Shown piece after piece: positions 50,656-62,556 of a stretch of DNA of 64,000 nucleotides (position 1 is the first letter of the stretch; the number at the start of each line of letters is the position of its first letter). Position numbers and translations under genes: made by a program. Location: positions 7,192,001-7,256,000 of the forward strand of contig OZ059899.1 of the NCBI GenBank assembly GCA_964057225.1, given 5' to 3'. This DNA is from Auanema rhodensis. Its lineage: Eukaryota > Animalia > Nematoda. The notes beneath the pieces were generated by a model. It did not search any database. It saw nothing but the letters and a program-made list of their open reading frames with translations, and was not told the DNA's origin.

Positions 50656-52820
50656 ATGAAACATACACTACTCTTTATTTTTCTTTTGTTTGGTAACTCT
50701 CTAACCGAAGATCAACCTATAGGTATTTATTTGTTTACTGTTCTAGATGTATAAGTATCATTCCAACTTGTTCAGAAAACCTATCACAAAACTCTTGGAA
50801 CGCAAAGGTTTTGCATGATTTCATAAGAGGAAAAGTTGTTCAAGACATTTGAGAATGAAGATCTATTCTGTTTTATAGGGTCGTGGAAGCGTGGCTAGGC
50901 TATCTCTTCAAGATGCACTTTCTCAACCAAATTTATTCGAAGATGAGGAACAACCTTTATTAGATTTGAATGATCCTAGCATTGTGAATGCTGGTGGAAT
51001 TGTAATTGATTTTTTTGTGCTTATTTTATTTTCAAATTGCAGTATTCCGATACAAAGCCACAAATTCAGCAGCAGCAGCAACAACAGCCTAAATCACCTA
51101 AAGCATTCAGTCAAATAATAATGCCTACATCGATTATTGCTCCAGCATCATACCTGGCAACCCTCAAAAAAAACCCAATAACAATGAAAGCAACTGTTAG
51201 AAAACTTAATGAATGAAGTTTTATCCAAGAGAATATATATTTCAGCGGCTCTCAAGCAATGAACGTCCAACTCCTATAACAGTAGTCAGAGAATCACAAG
51301 AGCCACGGAATAGAGAGAGAATAAATGTTGTAGAATCATCTGAAAACATCCTTCAAATAACAAATCCAACTGTAAAAAAAGTTGTAAGAAAGAAAAATGC
51401 TCAGGTAAACACAAGTTTACCACCATTTTTATATGAAACTTCTTTAGGTAGCCACCATTAAAAAGGAATCTGAGCCTTCTATTGAGTCTTTCAAAGAATT
51501 AGCTGGATTATTTCAAGTAAGTGAGCTTAAACATTAAATATCATTTTAACATTGCAAAATTATTTTAAGCAGTTTTTAAACAAGAAAAAGTCTAAAAGTA
51601 GCCAAATCGACGAGACATCTGTTCAAACTGTTTATAAACAAACAACACCAAAACAACCTCAAACTACGGTCTTTCTATTATTGTTATAACTATGAAGTTT
51701 TAATTTTCAGTCGGCTATTGGTCAATGGGAATCCATGGATCCTAATGATGAGGTGCTAGATGAAGATGAACTTATGCCTATGAATAAAGATGCCTGGGAA
51801 CAAAAAATGAAACAGCTTAGTGAACAGTTAAGCCAAGTATTGAAGCAAATCAAGCAAACAAAAGATCAAGGGAAACCAGTGCAACCTCTCAAAGAACCTG
51901 GTTATGGAAAAGACGGACCAATTGTTACAGTTCTACGAAACGTTGGTTAGTTTGATTTGAAACCTATTAAATCATTTTGGTTCAGGGTTCGGCTGAACAA
52001 TCAGCAGATGGATCATATATTTTTCTTGCAACAATTACTCTCGTTCAAGATGAAGGAAAAAATATTTTGATTGATACAGGTCTAGGCACTGATATTAACG
52101 GCAGAACTAAGCTACTTAACAGTATAAATTATCAAAATTATTAATTTTATATTGTTTTATATTTTTAGAACTTAATAGCATGGGTTTGGCACCACCTAAT
52201 ATCAATATTGTTATAACAACTCATGGACATCCAGATCATATAGGAGGAATTCATGATTTTCCGGATGCTGATCATTATCAAGGATGGTATCAACATCGCG
52301 GAACAAGATTCAACCTATCAGAACTGTTTGAGGTTTGGTATATTGCTCTTCTCCCATTGTTATAGAAGCAAGTTAATACAGAGTGATCGCCTTCAATTAA
52401 CGTCACATATTCATCTCATCAGAACTCCTGGACATTCTTCGGACGATATTGCGGTAGTGGTACGGCAAGAGAAAACTATGGGCACAGTAACTATTGCAGG
52501 TAATTGTTATTACTTTTTCGAGAATCAAGTTAAAATTAGATGATTTTAGCTTGACTAACAACATTTATTTTTTGAAATCTTTTGTTTAGGAGATACTTTC
52601 ATCCGAAAAGAGGATATAGATTACCCAATGATGTGGCAGCCATTAAGTGCTAATGAAGTAGATCTCGAAGAAGCTTTTTCTCATATAATATTCATTTTAT
52701 CAGACTCAACAAGCTGAATCTCGACGCCGCCTTATTTGCTCAGATACAGCATGGATAATACCTGGACATGGACCACCATTTCGTGTAAATTCTTCAATTA
52801 AAAGCCGGTTTAAGTGTTAG
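50656..52820 (+). CDS. swip-10: Metallo-beta-lactamase-fold protein (MBLAC1/SWIP-10-like) with signal-peptide-like N-terminus and long low-complexity linker
   Basis: MKHTLLFIFLLFGNSLT hydrophobic start; C-terminal ILIDTG, THGHPDH (HxHxDH), TPGHS, AGD and IIPGHG motifs; TAG at 52818-52820. The symbol rests on domain layout plus adjacency to rml-2 (both on cosmid F53B1 in C. elegans, from memory). Confidence 0.8.
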
Positions 52821-55506
52821 TTATAAGTTGATCCCACTATGTTTATAAGTATATTGTATCTCTTTCTTTTTTGGATTCTAATCATTAATAATTTGATCAG
52901 AGAAAAATACAATTTTTCATGTTTTGGATGTACATATTAATGAAAGTTAACACTATTTTTATCAGATGAATGACAATTTCAATGTATCGCACTGTATTGA
53001 AATTTCAAGATAAATGACAAACTAGAGCTTGAAATGATATAAACAATATTTTATAAAATAGAAAAGAGATTGTAATCATTTAAAGTCAGTCTATTTAGGA
53101 GCATAGATATCAAACATAGATTACAATATGATTTTTTAGAAATAAAATGTTCTGTAACTAGTCGTACAGTTATGCTAAAGGCAAATCAGAAGTTAATTTT
53201 CTAACTTGAGCTATGATATTACACACTTCGTAACAAGAGGCTGAGAGAAAAAAAAAGATATAAGGTTGAACACAAAAAGAAAATGAATGATGTGTATCAA
53301 CATCGACTATAAAGAGGTCGTATCTTTAGTCTGTCTTTATTAGCGCCACGACAAGCGTCCGAAACCCCCTGAATCTTTCAATGCACATCGTTTCTTTTTC
53401 TCTATTCAATTCTAACTCTATATCTTTTCCTCCTACATTTTGCCCTCTTTCTTGCACACATTCTTTTACGTTATCTCTTTTTCTGTTATCTGCCTTGATT
53501 CTATATCTATATTCTTCTAAGTTTCTCACACATTTGGTAGTGTTCATTTTCTTTCTAATACTGTCTTTTTCTCCTGATCGCATCCACACTCTATATACAA
53601 TATGGTCGTTCGCTACTTTCCCTTCCATGATTTCGACTTTCTTTTGTAGCTTACTGGCTGCGGATTGTTTTCTTCTCCATCAGATATCGTAAAGTTGGTT
53701 GATTTTTAAATTAATTCATAATTCATAGTTAATAGCTAATTATTTGTGAGATTTTTAGATAAATCTATTAGCAATTTTTTTGAAGATTTTTTACACGAAG
53801 CAAAAACAATTAAAAATCAAATTAAATAATTGTATGAAAGTACTTAATTATAATATGTTTGTGTATAATAATTATAAAACATTTGAAATTAAAACAATGT
53901 TAATGATATTTTTGAATTATATTTCATCGATCAAAAAAAAGTAATTAGTCACATTTTTATCATTAAACAATACCCCTAAGGCTTTTTCTTTCATTAGAAC
54001 GACGAATAACCTTTCTACTTTTCTATTAATTTGTTGAAAATCTTATCTCTTTCTAACTGATCATTTCTTGTCTCCCGTGTCCTGAATGCGTATCCACCCC
54101 CCCCCCCTCACAACACAAGGAACAGTAATTTGCCCCTGGGGTCATAGAGTGAAATTTCGTGTAGGCAGAATGTGACATTCTCGTTCTTCCATACAATAGT
54201 GAGTGTTTAAAACTATTATTGCACTTATAATCTTATTTTCAACGATTTTGAATCGAACAAATCGTTTCATTATCTCTTAAATGCTCTCGACTAGAGATCT
54301 TTGAATTCTAGCAGAAACAAAGCGGACTGTTCTTTCAAATCGTAAACTTCATGTGGTAGTTTCTCCGGTTTGAAATATCAACACTAGTTCAAAACCGTTC
54401 GTATGTCGTATTTGAGTCCGGCACCTGTAAAATAGCATTTTCTCTGCAAATCCACTGGTCAGTTCATTTCCCACGCCAGCCACATCTGGCTTCTTGGGCG
54501 TCTGCTGTTGTTGCTGCTGCTGGTTTCAGACAGAAAGGCTCTTGTGATCCTGATTTGAACCATTTCTTCTTCTTAATCTTCGTCGTCTTGTTCTCTTTTT
54601 TTCATTTACTCTAACTGTCTGCTTATCATCTTAATTAGAGATGTGGTCGTTCACCTTCCACTCTATATATCCATGTTCCCTTTTTCTGTTAAAACGTTTC
54701 TCCCACATTTACCTTATCATTTTTTTTAAATTTTAGCAAATTACTTTAGTTTAGAGTTTTTTAGTTTTTGCCAATATAATGAATACTCCTACTACTACTA
54801 CTTGTATTTGCTATTATTTTTCCTTAACGAAATTTATCTCTTAATCTGATTAAAAAAGTTAAGTCGAACCGGCTTTTACCCGAAAAATGTACCGGAAAAT
54901 CCAATTATTTCAAGTGAACTTGTTGACCCTGCTCATCATGGAGATCAATTCTCTTTCACTTTCTCTCATTCTTATTTCTATCAATGGTTATCGGAAAAAT
55001 ATTAGAAAACAATAAGAATTGGTGTTCCAGAATTGTATACAAAGAGGAAAACCTTTTCAAATTACGAATCTTTCTGTTTCGAGAGCAATTTAGAGAACAT
55101 TGGCTATTTACCTAAAACAATTTATTATTCAATTTCTACTTCTGAATCTCTTTTGAAATGATGTCAGAAAATAATGATCAAGAATATTAGAAACCCGATT
55201 TAAAACTTTAAAGTTTTCTATTGAGAATACTTTTAAAAATATAAAAGATATATGATTAATTATTTAATTTTTTTACTTATTTTATCCAACTTCACGTGCA
55301 AAAATTTCAATTTTTACAGCCACAAAGCTTCAATAAACCGTTTAAATCAATATAGTTCAGATAAAATAATCTAAACACTTGTCTGGAAATTATTCATAGT
55401 CTAACTAATACTAATATCTCCCAATTTTTTGAAAATCCATTCCAACAGGTTTGTAAGAAAAAAAAATCACTTTCTCCAATTCTAAAAATTATATGAATTT
55501 ATATGC

Positions 55507-55537
<31 letters not shown>

Positions 55538-56644
55538 CTAATATAGATCTTACGAGAGCGAAATTCCAATCTGTATATCTGGGCAGATGGATAGAAACCC
55601 GTTATCTTTTCATCCTTACGTAGGCGACTGCTATTCTCTGAACTAGTTTGATGTCGATATCTCGAAAAAATGCCCCCGCACTCTTGTTCGTTGTCATCCT
55701 TCCAACCCATGATTTCCATTCGCTTAGTTCGTACAGCTCGTTAGCAAATCAATTCGGGCAATCATAGTATCACGAAATCACTAGAGATGTCTGGCAACCA
55801 CTTTTATCCTCAGTTTTTGTCGAGGTTTATCAAGCGATTGATGTCAATCAGATGACTTGACATGAGCGACAGGATGCAGAAGAAATCAACAAGCATCATT
55901 AATCAACTAGTAATCTGTTGAAAGACAGTTAAAGAACCAATAGTATTGTGGAAATGGAAAAACTTGTAAATGAAAATGAATTTATCGGCTGTTCTGTGAT
56001 ACATGCGAGGGGACAAAACAAAGTAGAAACTTTCACTAAAGTACCAGATTAAGGCTACTCAGTTTTTTTGATAATCACTACACAAAACTTTATAAATGTT
56101 TGAAACTCCTCGATCAAATATCTGAATTCGAAACAAACGAGAGTATAAAAAGATAACGAACAATAAGTTTGCTCATTCTCGCAATATTGTCTTATCTATC
56201 ACATGCTTTCTAATGTGATGGCTACATCTATCCCCTTCCTAATCTTTCTATTGGTCAGTTTCTGAACATCTCCTCCTTATCCACTTTCTATATTCAAAAT
56301 GTTGGTGTTGACGTCAATCCGAAACATAGAACGAATGAGACTTGAGCCCGTTCTGGTCAAAGGATGTCTTCGCCGCAATCTTGTGGTCGTGACACGATGG
56401 TTGATGTATATGAAACCAGATCGCGAAGCATTGATTAAATTCCGATACCAGATACCCTAAGCATACGATAACCATCACCAAATCACTCTCCGTTTTCGGT
56501 TTATGTTTCATTTATTTCATTACTTTTCACATTTCGGAATGTTATGTTTCCTATCGTCATGCTATATCTTATAAATAAACCGAGAATTTCTTCTTTTCTT
56601 CTAGCTTTATAAAGCATATTTTTGAATTAGGCATCCCCCAAGAC

Positions 56645-58022
56645 ATGGCCACAAATTTGAATGAACCCTCGTGTGTTCTTATAACTGGAGGATGCGGCTT
56701 TATCGGCTCAAATTTCATTAACTATATGTTTGATAAATGGACTGATTGCAAGTACGTTTGTATCAATTTAGTTGGAAAGATATGTTGTTTTTCTTTTTCG
56801 TAGGATTGTTAACTATGATAAACTTGCTTTTGGTGCTTCTCCAAAGCATATATTGAAAAGGATAAGAGATTCTGGACGCTATGTTTTTATCGAAGCTCGC
56901 TTGGAAGATCAAGAAAAATTAGATCAATGCTTGCATGAACATCAGGTAATTTTATAAAGTTTCACAAGAAGAAAATGGAAATTTATTAAAGGTGGATATG
57001 GTCATACATTTTGCTGCCATTACTCACGTTGATGAATCTTATACTGATAGAATAGGAACAATTCAAGATAATGTTATATCAACTACAACCCTGCTTGAAA
57101 GTCTAGCTAATCGTAACTACAAAGGATTGAAAAGACTTGTTCATATCAGTACAGGTACGTAGTATCTTAAAGCACAATGATAAAGCTTTCAAGAAACTTA
57201 TAGATGAAGTTTACGGTGACTCTTTTGCTGATAGTTCCCCAAAGACTGAACAATCATTACCAAACCCAACAAATCCTTACGCTGCTAGCAAAGCTGCATG
57301 CGAAATGATTATTAGAGCATATTGGGTATTTCATTTTATCCTAGTTTATAGTAGTTTATGACTACTTTAAGCATTCATACAAACTTCCATATGTTATGGT
57401 TCGTATGAACAATGTGTATGGTCCCCGGCAAGCTACAACTAAACTTATTCCAAAATTTGTCAAACTAGCTTTGGAAGGAAAACCTTATCCATTGATGGGT
57501 GATGGACTTCATACAAGGTAACTAATTCTTAATTCATTTTCCTTGCTTTGACGAGTAATTTAATAGAAGTTGGATGTTTGTGGCAGATTGTTCAGAAGCC
57601 ATTCGTCGGGTTGCAGAAGAAGGAACTTTAGGTGAAGTATACAACATTGGAACTGATTTCGAAATGACTAATCGCGAACTAACTTGGAAAATTCACGCTA
57701 TCGTTAATAAACTTCAGAATAGGCAAGTTCAAAGTTTGCTCCGGATTCATTAAAAAATCCTGTTTAGAAACGCATCAGAACCCGCATTGATACATATACC
57801 TGATAGACCCTATCATGATCGTCGCTACTACATAGATTTTTCTAAGATTAAAAATGCAAGATAAAAATACTTATATTAAAATAATATTTAAAAAGTTTTT
57901 AGACAATGGGATGGCAATGTACTACATCTTTTGACTTAGGCCTTATGGAAACTATTGAGTATTACGTTCAAGAGCATCGAAAAGAAAAGAGCAAGCTGAC
58001 AGAATCAAGAATTCAAGGATAA
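56645..58022 (+). CDS. rml-2: dTDP-glucose 4,6-dehydratase (RmlB-like, dTDP-rhamnose pathway), multi-exon
   Basis: GGCGFIG Rossmann motif, HFAAITHVDES, HISTDEVYG, PTNPYAASK (YxxxK), NNVYGPRQ, DRPYHDRRY; closely matches C. elegans RML-2 as recalled. Confidence 0.93.
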
Positions 58023-58926
58023 AGAAACAATATTACAAGTACCTTAAGTTATAATTCTAAATTTAGTATTGTTTTTCTTTTTAATGTGCAATATGTTTTA
58101 CTTTGTTTTTTTTTCTGGAAGTTTTATCCATCAGCGTCATTTATTAAATCAACTAGGCCTCTTATAGCTACAACTTCCTCCTCAAAATTATAATCAGACG
58201 CTGGCAACTGATTTCTTTATAATATTTTCATCAACAATACTTTTAATGTTACTTTTTCCATTTTTCCTTTATCCTTAGAAGAATTTCATACCGCTTTCCC
58301 AATTTAAGCACATGTTACGTTTTGCCGAAAATAGTTTGGTTAGGTATCTTTAGACAGAATGGGCCAGATGGTATCTGCCTTGAAATTAAGCTGAATGTCT
58401 TGTCCCTTTATTTTTTCTTTATCTCTTGTATATTTAGCATGAAGGGCTTGACGATTCTTTCATAAGTGACAGCGTTTCCCATTTTTCTTTGCCAGTGATC
58501 TTTTTCTCTTTTATTTTGTCTTTCAATTAACTTTCTATCTATATAATATGTCATTAGATTCGCAAGAAAGTGCATCTCCATAATTGCGTGGACTAAATTA
58601 TTTCTCATGAGACGAGTTAATTAAAGGAAAAATATTATCATATCAGATTTAGCAGAACTTAATGAAAGCGCAATTCGATATTTACAAAATCAGATAAATA
58701 TTATTAATATATAAAACATTCGATTATTTTTTTTTAATTCAAATTCATTTAATAATAAGAAATTAATTAATTTCACATTACAGCAGTTATAATGTATACA
58801 TTAATATCTAGAGATAATAATCATGTTTACAAAATAAAAAACAAAGCATTATATAATTATAAATTCGTTTTTAATAATCAGAAATTTATTTATGTATAAT
58901 AAATAAATGAAATTCAAATCATTGCT

Positions 58927-60375
58927 CTATGTAACTGTACCATGTTTAACATAAAATATACGATTAGATGATTTCATTATATGTACAATTGACATTTTCC
59001 AAAAAGGTTTAGTGATAGCTGAAAAGAATGAAGCTTTAATTGTTAATAACGACTTTGTTATCACCTCTTTTTACCGGATAAATGATTAAAGTAAACAAGA
59101 ATTGACGATAACATTTCCAAAAAAATAAAGTTGTAATTGAAGATATCACCGGATGAACAGAAGCAGCCAAAATAACTCCCATATTAAAAACTGAAAATTT
59201 CGAACAAAACTTATAATTTGCGACTTGCTTTATCTTTGAATTTCTTTCAAAAACTCAAAATTGACCCTACTTCCGCTAAAACGAGTATACACTTCCGCAG
59301 TAATAATAGTAGCCATATATAACCCAGGAACTCCTAACAACCAAACAGGCATAATTAACTTGAATAAATTATTAAAATAATAAACATATATTAATGAAAC
59401 CTGGCATATTAATGTGTTAGTAAACCTTTTTTGTAATTTTTTTGTCTTCGCACTGGTAGCATTATTATTAGTTATTTTTGAAGATACAAAGATAACTAGA
59501 ATAGCAATTACAATGCATAAACCTATCAAAAATATTTTATATATTGATATACTCGTGTTATTCAACAAACTGAATGATATTAATATATTTAAAGTGAAAT
59601 ATAAGATGGCTGTATCATGTCTTCTAGCAAATATATGTGAATGATCCATAACTACTTTTAAAAATGGATACATCTATAATTATTTTATAAATTAATTTTA
59701 TAAATATTATAATTCTACTTTTGTAATAACAGCTCTTTCTTCCTTTATATTAGTTTTTAAAGCATAAACGGAAAAGAACCCATTTAATGTAGCAATTGAA
59801 AATATAATACCAGATACAGTATGAATATGCTCCTCATTTTTGCATTTGAAAATATGCCCAATAGGTAATACAGTTTGACATCTATAGAATAATGTTGTTA
59901 TTATTGACCAAGCCGTACCATGCAAGAACGCTATCAAAACACTCTAAGAAAAAATTGTTAATCTCAAGATAAAATATTTAGAAAATAACTGTTTGAACTA
60001 TAGCTGATAAAAACAAGTTAAGAGGACCATTTGTTATAACTATAAAAAATGGATAAAATGTAGCAGGCTGAACAAGCCCACTAATCCATATACTATTAAA
60101 CATTATACATAACTAAATATTAAATATATAGAAATTTAAAACTAAAAACTGTATACCTGATGCCATATTAGGTATTTTCGAACTGTCACAATAGCACGAT
60201 GAGTTTTGGCATAAATAGCGTAGAGAGTAAGAAAATTGAAAAATGCGGAAAGGGGTAACAGAATATTACTATAAGTTACAATATTATTCAAAATATGTGG
60301 ATATTCAAGAGCTTTTAACTTCTCCACATGTTGATGGGAGAGCAACAGTATGCTTGAACTATTAATCGTGCTCAT
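58927..60375 (-). CDS. Serpentine 7TM chemoreceptor, Str superfamily (Srh-like), multi-exon
   Basis: Multiple hydrophobic segments; family-like motifs SAKTKKLQKRFTNTLICQ and HPVISSITTLFFWKCYRQF; exons join in frame to TAG at 58927-58929. Confidence 0.8.
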
Positions 60376-60552
60376 CACGAGCGATCACGATTGTTATGCG
60401 ATATTTAATAATAGTTTCTTTGTTCATTATTACTTTTGAAATCTTAAGTTCATTATACGTATAATTAATATGTTTTCTTAAGTTTTAACAATTTTCTATA
60501 ACTATTTTAATATAATCTACTGAGGAAACTCTATATGTATACATAAAATCAA

Positions 60553-62000
60553 TTACGAGTTTTGTACTAAATATTTAAACTGTTCTTTTGAATAGTATCT
60601 TGGCCCCATATTTGGTATCCATTTACCATCAGTTTTTGAAAATGTGGATCTTGCTCGATTGTGCTCATTATCACCACAGTCATCCAAATCGAGCACAGGA
60701 GTGACACAAGCATTTTTTCCTAATTAATTCATTAATAGCTGATAACGAAATTTTAAAAAACCTTCAAAATATTTTGCCCACTCATCTCTTGTATTTTTTA
60801 GAAATAAAGATTCTAATTTTACTGTTAATTGTTCCGGATCATCCTTGATAAGGTTAACTTCATCATCAATTCCGAGAGCTGAAAATGGCTTATCAACCTG
60901 TTGCTCATTTGTCGAATACCTTCGAGCAAAGCCTGACTAAACTTTGACTCTAAAGCCCCAACTGCTATATGCTTATTATCTTTTGTAAGATATGTCCTAT
61001 TCGAGAATAATACATTACTGAATCTGTATATAAAACCTGTAAATCGGATATTTTCCTCGAAAAATAGCATTGTTTCCCTTCCAAAATGAATCAACATCTT
61101 GAAAAGCATTAATGAAGGTTCCCAAATAGGCCAAACCATCGACCATAGAGCAATCAATTATGCATCCTTGATTATCTTAATCACTCGGCTTATTCCTCAT
61201 CAATCTTTTGTTGAACACACCGTTCGAATTACGCCCAAAGATTGCAACCATAATTGCAAATGCTGCAGTCAAGCCACCACCAGCAAAGTCTGCCAACAAA
61301 TTCGCTGGAGGCCATAACAATTTCGAATTATGTGAACCACTTATTATAGGTAGTAAACCTTAATATTATATAAATCATAGACAAAGAAATGATAGATATG
61401 TGCGAAACCTGATAAAGCAACATAGTTAATATCATGACCGGCTTCTTGGCTTAACGGACCAAACTGACCGTAACCAGTTAAACGACACACGATTAACTTT
61501 GGATTATCCTATAGAATTATGATAAAGATGTGAATATCATAATACGAAACTTCTAGCAGCTGCAGAGGATTTAACCCTAATCTCTCTAAAACGCCGGGTC
61601 GGTATGGATCAAGCAAGACGTCGCTGTCTCGAATAAGAGATCGGACTTTTTCAATGTCAGAATTTAACTTCAAATCAACTGTCATATACTTTTTTCCTCT
61701 TGTGAGTCTTTGGTCAACAAAATCCTCGCTCTAAAAATATAATAAGTTATATTGGTATTCATTCCAGCAATGAATTTCGTAACAATACCTTCGATTTAGC
61801 AATCACGGTAACATTAGCTCCAGCATCAGAAAGCATCAACCCACAATGTGGAACAGGAGCAAGACCAGCCAACTCAACTACTCGTAAACCATTTAATAAG
61901 CCTTTGGCACTAAGTTTTATAAAGATATAATCAATCAAAATTATCCAAATTAACATTAGAGAAAGAAAAAAACCAACCAATTTTGAATTGTGAGATGCAT
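60553..62000 (-). CDS. Alpha-methylacyl-CoA racemase (CoA-transferase family III), multi-exon
   Basis: [51 protein letters not shown]...[12 protein letters not shown] (catalytic His), [10 protein letters not shown] (catalytic Asp), AVGALE, ACVTPVL. Confidence 0.92.
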
Positions 62001-62556
62001 TTTACATTGATTTGGCGAAACTGAGTTACTATCATTGATAGGAAAGCTTATAAGAATAGAGCCAAAAATTGATAAAAGTCTATTTTTTTAGACAATCGTT
62101 TGATACGAATAAAAAAAAAGCTATTATATGCCTTGCAAAGTCCTATTGTACAGATAACCCCTTTCATTACTTTTCGTAACAATTGATTAAGATGTATTAA
62201 ACTATTTAATACATGACAAATTCAAACATTATATATAAAAAATCTAGATCACCCATTTACAATGTATTATAGTTTTAAAGAGGCTAACATAACAAACTAT
62301 AAGAAATACTGAAACTGATAGGGATTGTGATCACGGTTTATTATTGATATATAAAAAAAGGCTGAAAATGTCAATGATAAAACAAATTTAAGGAAAACAA
62401 ATAAAAATCTATTAAGGGTAAATCAAAAGTAAAGAACGAGCTAGCTCACTACGAATCCCTGTATTCATGATAGCTATGACAGACTAGGCAAAGCGATAAT
62501 CACAATTAGGCGCAAAACGGCAAATAGGCGCCTAGACCCGTAAAATCGTTGAAGCA

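Noticed and set aside
8163-54107. G/C homopolymers as G-quadruplex sites
   Set aside because: Runs are 10-12 nt, shorter than the ~15 needed for an intramolecular three-tier G4.
51070-54522. 19-nt inverted match CAGCAGCAGCAACAACAGC between the MBL poly-Q exon (51070-51088) and 54504-54522
   Set aside because: Low-complexity triplet repeat, so the match is likely coincidental.
56645-58022. Recent bacterial HGT of rmlB (or of the beta-lactamase-fold gene)
   Set aside because: Both genes are intron-rich and match established nematode gene families.
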